Position numbers and translations under genes: made by a program
The notes under the pieces: model-generated
The model's database searches: none
Told to the model about the DNA's origin: nothing
Seen by the model: the letters and a program-made list of their open reading frames with translations, nothing else
Shown: one piece after another, positions 58,580 to 64,000 of the stretch
How the letters are laid out: every line of letters begins with the position of its first letter
How positions within the stretch are numbered: position 1 is the stretch's first letter
Assembly: GCA_039630415.1 (NCBI GenBank)
Contig: JBCNVB010000013.1
Location: 34,079 to 98,078 of the forward strand
Source: a bacterium
Lineage (GTDB): Bacteria > DRYD01
Length of the DNA: 64,000 bases
Direction: 5' to 3'

Positions 58580-59242
58580 ATGATAATAAATAACACGAAT
58601 ATAAACATAAATTATGGAGTTCAGTTTGGACCAAATGTGAATAGAGCAGGTGGGTTTAATCCATTTGGGCCTATTGGTGTTGGTATACCACCTCAAATAG
58701 CAATGCAATTAATACTCGTACTGTTATTATTACTTCAAGCACAACAAGGAATGGGTAATCCACCTATATTTGGAGGTCCATTTGGAGGTCCATTCGGAGG
58801 TCCATTCGGAGGTATACCATTTGGAGGTCCATTCGGAGGAGGTCTTCCAGGAGCAGGAATACCATTTGTTCCTCCATTTACTGACCCGTATTCATCTCCA
58901 TTTATAAACCCATTTTTTAATCCTCCATTTATTGCACCAAGCTTTACTCAATATGGAATAGCAGCAGGTAGTGCTGTAGGTGGAGCAGTCGGTGGAATGG
59001 TTGGAGGAATGATAGGTTGGCAAGCAGGAACTGCAATAGGAGCAGCTATAGGAACAGCAATACTACCAGGCATAGGAACATTCATAGGCGGAACAATCGG
59101 CGGTATAGTCGGTGCTATCGGCGGATCCAGTATAGGGCAAGCATTGGGTAGCCTTGCAGGCGGTATCCTAGGAGGAACATTCGGAGCTATAGCTGACGCC
59201 GGTAGAAGATTACTAGGTGGAATAGCCAGAATATTTGGATAA
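58580..59242 (+). CDS. Gly/Pro/Phe-rich glycine-zipper membrane-active protein
   Basis: SD AGGAGGTG; GPFG repeats; GxxxG ladder with GTAILPGIGT.IGG; no Asp/Glu except two Asp. Confidence 0.8.
   Translation: MIINNTNININYGVQFGPNVNRAGGFNPFGPIGVGIPPQIAMQLILVLLLLLQAQQGMGNPPIFGGPFGGPFGGPFGGIPFGGPFGGGLPGAGIPFVPPFTDPYSSPFINPFFNPPFIAPSFTQYGIAAGSAVGGAVGGMVGGMIGWQAGTAIGAAIGTAILPGIGTFIGGTIGGIVGAIGGSSIGQALGSLAGGILGGTFGAIADAGRRLLGGIARIFG
58769..58840 (+). repeat. 12-bp tandem repeats TTYGGAGGTCCA encoding FGGP
   Basis: About five units, one with a 3-nt insertion. Confidence 0.85.
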
Positions 59243-59275
59243 AATACCCAATAACCTACAACGAACAGATAATCT

Positions 59276-59298
59276 AAGGGGGCTGGTAAAGCCCCCTT
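59276..59298 (+). terminator. Intrinsic terminator
   Basis: AAGGGGGCT-GGTAA-AGCCCCCTT followed by a T-rich tract. Confidence 0.8.
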
Positions 59299-59384
59299 CT
59301 TAATTTTATTATAATCCAAAAAACTCAGCCAGCACCTACACAATAAACCCTTTATACTTTTTACTACTTTAAATCGTTAAGAAA

Positions 59385-59819
59385 AATGGAATTCAGTTTG
59401 GTACTGGTATAAGTAAACTTCAGGGCTTAATCCCTCTGCACCCATTGATTTTGGTTTACCAAATCAAGTAGGAATGCAGTTAGTATTAGCATTGTTATCA
59501 CTACTTCAGGCACAATCAGCATTAAATCAACCATCTATATTCGCAAATATCTATACCTACACCATTTAGTGGTGTTCCATTTGATACTCCAATAGGAAAC
59601 CCCCTTATGGGACAGCTAGGAATTATAAGTCCATTTCTACGCCCATTTTCTGATCCTTATTCATCTTAGCTATGATAGGAAACAGCACCTATAGCCGGCT
59701 TTGGACCAAGAATAGGTAGAGCAATAGGTAGAGTAGTAGGTAATGTGGGTAAAGTGGGTAAAGGTGTAGTTGGTATAGCTAAAAAAGTACTAGGTGGAGC
59801 ACGCAAAATATTTAGATAA
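59385..59819 (+). pseudogene. Decayed tandem paralog of the glycine-zipper gene
   Basis: Fragments GIQFG, QVGMQLVLALLSLLQAQ, PFSDPYSS and KKVLGGARKIFR* are collinear with 58580-59242 across frameshifts and stops. Confidence 0.8.
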
Positions 59820-59824
59820 AATTA

Positions 59825-59846
59825 AGGGGGGTATATTAGCCCCCCT
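59825..59846. terminator. Probable bidirectional terminator
   Basis: AGGGGGG-TATATTAG-CCCCCCT between the pseudogene and the convergent S41 gene. Confidence 0.65.
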
Positions 59847-60768
59847 CTACAATACCCCTCACAAATAACCAAACCCTACAAACAAAAAAAACAAACCACT
59901 CTTTATTGTCAATCTCATACCTGCTTAAATAAATATCAGGTTTTAAACGAGAATGTGGTTCTAACTCTAAACCAAAACTTACAAAACCATTAGAATAAAC
60001 AATACTCAATCCATTTATGTCATATATACCCTGTACATAAGGCTTACCATATGTCAAATCCCCAAATATCAATGCTCTTCTTTTTAGTACACCAGGTATA
60101 ACTTCGGCAGCACTAACCGTACTATCATCCTGTAAAACTACTACAAAATTTTTTGTAAACAAATCACCATAGTCAGAAGTACTATAAAAGTTCTGCGTTA
60201 ACACCTTACCCTTCTTTAGCAAATTTACTGAAAATAAATAACTATTGGCTGGTAAAAACATACTGCAAAAGTAAGCAGCAGACCACAAACTACCACCCAT
60301 ATTCATCGTAACATCTATTACTACTAAACCATCATCAATTATCTTCGATTTTAAATAATCCCTATATTTCCTTGCCATGTTAGGACCTATCTCAAAAAAT
60401 GATATGTAATAGACTCTAAAACCACCAATATTGTATACCCTAAGCTCAAAATCTCTATCAACACTTCTTTCTTGATAGTACCCGGATTCTACTATATCCT
60501 TCTTCCTTATCTGCAAAAAAGGATCCTCAGTAATCAAATATACAGTCCTCTTTAAACTATCTTCCAAAGAATGATTTTCCCCTACTTGATTCAGAAAATA
60601 TCTCTTTGCATCTTCTAGAGAATATAAACTCCTCTTAACAAAAATATTTTCATAATATATTTTCTCTATACAGTACAGATATTTTTCTACTGTTTGTGAT
60701 AGTGAAATTTCGCATGTAAAGTATAAACACAAGCAAAAAAAAATCATAACTTTCTCTGACTGTTTCAT
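59836..60768 (-). CDS. S41 (CtpA-like) peptidase lacking a PDZ domain
   Basis: ID...N.GG.L, catalytic Ser in TVSAAEV, catalytic Lys in TYGK..VQ, PD. Confidence 0.78.
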   Translation of the reverse strand: MKQSEKVMIFFCLCLYFTCEISLSQTVEKYLYCIEKIYYENIFVKRSLYSLEDAKRYFLNQVGENHSLEDSLKRTVYLITEDPFLQIRKKDIVESGYYQERSVDRDFELRVYNIGGFRVYYISFFEIGPNMARKYRDYLKSKIIDDGLVVIDVTMNMGGSLWSAAYFCSMFLPANSYLFSVNLLKKGKVLTQNFYSTSDYGDLFTKNFVVVLQDDSTVSAAEVIPGVLKRRALIFGDLTYGKPYVQGIYDINGLSIVYSNGFVSFGLELEPHSRLKPDIYLSRYEIDNKEWFVFFVCRVWLFVRGIVEGG

Positions 60769-61556
60769 AAAGCAATTGACTTAGTAAATTCAATAATTTT
60801 ATCGTGAATAAAACCATTAGAAGCTACTATAGTTTTACTCCATAAATTATAGGGATTACCATAGTAATCGGTAACCTTACCATTAGCTTCTTGAACAAGT
60901 AGGACACCAGCTGCAGTATCCCAAGGTTTGAGATCGGATTCCCAAAATCCATCAAAAACTCCCAATGCCGTGTAAGCTAAATCAATAGCTGCACTACCTG
61001 CTCTTCTTACTGCTTCTGTGTTAATTGAAATTTTTTTGAATAACTCCACATGAGGATCGGGATTTTGAGCTAGAGCATAACCAAAACCTGTAGCTAATAC
61101 ACTACTTCTTAAATCACTAGTATCCGAAACCACTATCCTTCTATCATTACAAAAACTTCCATTACCTTTTTCAGCAATAAATAGCTCATCTAAAACGGGA
61201 ATATATATCACTCCAATTATGATTTCTCCATCCTTTACAAGTGCAATCGATATACAAAACATTGGAAACCCTTTCCTAAAATTAACAGTTCCATCTATAG
61301 GATCTATAATCCACCAAAAACCATCAAAATCAACTTTTCCAGATTTGTAATCCTCTTCCGCCAAAATTCTATGATTTTTAAAATTAGACAATATTGTATT
61401 CTTTATTTTTTCTTGACACATCAAATCAGCTTCGGTTACTGGGTTTCTATCTTCTTTGTAAGTATATTTTAGACTTTTTCTATAAAATTTTTTTGCTATC
61501 TCAGCTGCTTTATAAGCTGCTTCTACAGCAACAGTAGTATATATTCCCAACTTCAT
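60765..61556 (-). CDS. suhB: Inositol monophosphatase family protein
   Basis: VTEAD, AEE, WIIDPIDGT.NF, GSAA.DL, WD.AAG. Confidence 0.9.
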   Translation of the reverse strand: MKLGIYTTVAVEAAYKAAEIAKKFYRKSLKYTYKEDRNPVTEADLMCQEKIKNTILSNFKNHRILAEEDYKSGKVDFDGFWWIIDPIDGTVNFRKGFPMFCISIALVKDGEIIIGVIYIPVLDELFIAEKGNGSFCNDRRIVVSDTSDLRSSVLATGFGYALAQNPDPHVELFKKISINTEAVRRAGSAAIDLAYTALGVFDGFWESDLKPWDTAAGVLLVQEANGKVTDYYGNPYNLWSKTIVASNGFIHDKIIEFTKSIAL

Positions 61557-61566
61557 CTTTCTACTT

Positions 61567-61971
61567 CTAGTGAATTATCTGTATATAGATTTTTCTGTTT
61601 CTTGGCCCATCAAATTCACAAAAGAAGATACCCTGCCATGAACCAAGAACCACTTTCCCTTTAGTTATTATTAAACTAACCGAATTACCTAAAATTGAAG
61701 ATTTTATATGAGCATCTGCATTCCCTTCCATGTGATGATATTTCCTATCCCTGGGTATATATGATTCTAGAAAATCAAGAATATCTTTTCTAACTGCTGG
61801 ATCAGCATTTTCGTTTATAATACATGCTGCAGTTGTATGCGGAACATACAATACAGCTATACCTTCCTCAATATTCTCCGATCTAACTTTTTCCTCAATT
61901 ACCTTAATTATCCTCTCTGTTATGTCTATCATCTCTTGTTGGTTTCTTGTAGTTATATTTAATTCTATCAT
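61567..61971 (-). CDS. yjbQ: YjbQ (UPF0047) family protein
   Basis: PHTTA..INENADP.V, H.EGNADAHIK, LG.WQG.F.CEFDG.R.R. Confidence 0.9.
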   Translation of the reverse strand: MIELNITTRNQQEMIDITERIIKVIEEKVRSENIEEGIAVLYVPHTTAACIINENADPAVRKDILDFLESYIPRDRKYHHMEGNADAHIKSSILGNSVSLIITKGKVVLGSWQGIFFCEFDGPRNRKIYIQIIH

Positions 61972-62720
61972 ACGTTTCCTCCCAACTCTTGTCTATCAGC
62001 TCTCTTTATCCATATCAATAGGACAAACCCAACAATAATCATCATAATGCAAAAAATCTGAGCTGAAGACAAGTTAAGCATTACAATATTTGACTCTCTA
62101 AAGAACTCAACGAAAAATCTTATAAAACCATATCCAATAAAAAAACTACCCAGAAAAGTACCAGGTTGGTTATATCTTTTTAATAAATACAAAAAGTAAA
62201 GAAACAGCATGAGCGAAAGTAAACTTTCAATAATCTGTGTTGGGTATCTTGTTGTTCCATTAATAAATACACCCCAACTACTTGGCTTACCATAACAGCA
62301 ACCCGCAAATAAACAAGCTAATCTGCCAACAAATATACTAAATGGACTTACAAAAGAAAATAAGTCAGCTAATGCTAGAAAATTAAACTTAAATAAAAAA
62401 CTAGCAAAGTATAGAACTAGTGCGGAAAAGATAATCGATCCAATTATTGTTAAACCACCACTATGAGGATCTATTATATAAACCATAAAATCAAATAAAC
62501 TATCCACTTCTTCTCTATTAATTATTAAAAAGCCCAGCTTCCCACCTATATACATCGAAAATACCAGAACAATAGTATAATTGAAAACCCTACTAAATTC
62601 CAAGCCAAACCTATTGCAAAATCTAGAAAGTAAATACACAGAAAGTAGTAAATCTAGGTAAAGTATGGTCCCGTATGTATAAACCGTTAGATTACCTATT
62701 TTCAAGAGTACCGGATACAT
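61968..62720 (-). CDS. lgt: Prolipoprotein diacylglyceryl transferase
   Basis: M.PVL..IG....YG, GGL...G, GRL.C...GCCYG, PTQ..ES, RF.VEFFR. Confidence 0.9.
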   Translation of the reverse strand: MYPVLLKIGNLTVYTYGTILYLDLLLSVYLLSRFCNRFGLEFSRVFNYTIVLVFSMYIGGKLGFLIINREEVDSLFDFMVYIIDPHSGGLTIIGSIIFSALVLYFASFLFKFNFLALADLFSFVSPFSIFVGRLACLFAGCCYGKPSSWGVFINGTTRYPTQIIESLLSLMLFLYFLYLLKRYNQPGTFLGSFFIGYGFIRFFVEFFRESNIVMLNLSSAQIFCIMMIIVGFVLLIWIKRADRQELGGNV

Positions 62721-63999
62721 AATTGAGTACTATTTTAACCCCTAGATAGCCGTTTTCATAGAAAATCTCCGTAGGAGTGCTATTGATAACCGATATTTCT
62801 TTTATAATATTTATTCCCAATCCTTTGGTGTCCTTCAAACCACTAAATATATCCTTAACCGATTTATACTTTTCATAATCTGCCCTATTTTTTACAATAA
62901 CAAAAACCTTACTAGAATCAGATTCAATAAGATTAATCTTTACATCATCTGAATTTTTAGTTGCATTATCCAAAACATTGAAAAACATTTGTTGAAACAA
63001 TTCCACATCAACTTCTACTTTTCTATCCCTATTCATAACTTTAGGTTCTTCGAATTCTATTTTAGGAGAAAACAATAAAATGGTATCTTGGATTAAAGTA
63101 ATTATCTCTTCAATGGTAACTAAACTTTTGTTAACGGAAATTTTTCTAAGCTTAATCTTAGCAAAGTTAAGATATCTATTCACCATTTGATTGATCTTAT
63201 CCAGATATTTTATAGCATTTGCTATTTCGGAAGTTTGTTCAACATTTGATAATATTGATTTAACCACAGCTATTGGAGTTCTTAAATCATGAGATATCTC
63301 ACTTAAAAACTTTATCTTTATCTTCTCCACCTCGTATATCTCTGTAAAGTCAATCACTATTATCAGTAAATCTTGTTCAATCTCAACTCTTATAACCCTA
63401 AACTTCCTATCTTTATAGTCAAGAATTTCTTTTTCTAAATTATCCAACACATAGCTAATATCGAGGTCATAGGGATTATTAAAAAACTTAACACTTTTTA
63501 ATTCTGCCCTGCTATCTTTTAATAAAAAAACTGAAAAAGGCAAAGACTTGAGAAGATTAATTAGGTTATTTTTCATAATCTTTACACTTTTGAATACCTT
63601 TAAAAGCTCATCTTTATATGTATAATCTATATCATAAGTGAAGTTACCTGAAGCAACTTCTGTTGAAAATTTACTAACTAAACTTAACCTACTCTGTATT
63701 AATCCACTTACCAGAAGTGAAAATAATATCGATACAATAATGTAAACGGGCAAAAGTAAAAAATATACCTTAACGATATTTTTTCTAAATTCTCTTATAC
63801 TCCCTAAGTCAATTTCCAGCGCTAAACCAAAATCTTTACCATTCATGTATACCAAGCAAAAATAAGTTATAATAAAGTTTTTCCAATCTACAATTGTTTT
63901 ATCATTCCCGAATCTATACTGCTTGACAAATTCATCATCCACTTCAAAGTAGTAAGGAAAATAAAAAAGAACATTATAGCTTTTATCGAAAATGATAAA
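62692..63999 (-). CDS. HAMP-domain sensor histidine kinase, 5' end outside the window; degenerate ATPase domain
   Basis: TM and HAMP (DEL), H-box SHDLRTP, N-box NVLDNA, G2 GLG. The frame stays open to the window end. Confidence 0.82.
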   Translation of the reverse strand, partial: FIIFDKSYNVLFYFPYYFEVDDEFVKQYRFGNDKTIVDWKNFIITYFCLVYMNGKDFGLALEIDLGSIREFRKNIVKVYFLLLPVYIIVSILFSLLVSGLIQSRLSLVSKFSTEVASGNFTYDIDYTYKDELLKVFKSVKIMKNNLINLLKSLPFSVFLLKDSRAELKSVKFFNNPYDLDISYVLDNLEKEILDYKDRKFRVIRVEIEQDLLIIVIDFTEIYEVEKIKIKFLSEISHDLRTPIAVVKSILSNVEQTSEIANAIKYLDKINQMVNRYLNFAKIKLRKISVNKSLVTIEEIITLIQDTILLFSPKIEFEEPKVMNRDRKVEVDVELFQQMFFNVLDNATKNSDDVKINLIESDSSKVFVIVKNRADYEKYKSVKDIFSGLKDTKGLGINIIKEISVINSTPTEIFYENGYLGVKIVLNYVSGTLENR

Positions 64000-64000
64000 G

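Noticed and set aside
1-64000. CRISPR array, prophage, IS or integrase
   Set aside because: No repeat-spacer periodicity and no cas, transposase, integrase or phage motifs. I saw no duplicated tRNA 3' ends.
1-64000. Alternative genetic code or stop-codon readthrough
   Set aside because: Conserved genes end at the expected positions with TAA, TAG or TGA, and the glmS break is a frame change rather than an in-frame stop.

Overview
AT-rich bacterial chromosomal window (roughly 30% GC by eye), densely coding, standard genetic code, about 65 CDS and two tRNAs (Gln-TTG, Tyr-GTA). I see no CRISPR array, rRNA, integrase or transposase. Content is mostly housekeeping genes in heavily scrambled order (ftsZ, minCDE, argS, glyQ, rlmN, rplI, rpsR, recR, holA, glmS, sodA, pdxS, gcvPA, sdhB, lgt, lpxB). 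lpxB together with PrsW, LCP, ChdC, a SigB/F-like sigma and TrmI suggests a diderm, probably thermophilic, deep-branching Terrabacteria-type lineage (inference only). Main discoveries: (1) a 17-bp direct-repeat box, TGTWAA-AAAAW-TGTWAA (11-bp period, WalR/OmpR-type), found four times, each time upstream of lineage-specific genes lacking a signal peptide: an S8 protease, a coiled-coil protein with a hydrophobic tail, a glycine-zipper protein, a putative multicore RiPP precursor and an orphan. This is a candidate secreted antagonism or effector regulon. (2) An orphan plesiocin-like (TTxxxxEE) graspetide precursor with covarying cores. (3) A degenerate MreB-like actin paralog. (4) An Hfq whose best ribosome-binding site is out of frame across an A9 tract and whose RNA-binding faces are altered. 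(5) A split glmS. (6) Sharp G-to-C skew flips centred on both tRNA genes. (7) A stand-alone YabR-tail microprotein and decaying paralogs.
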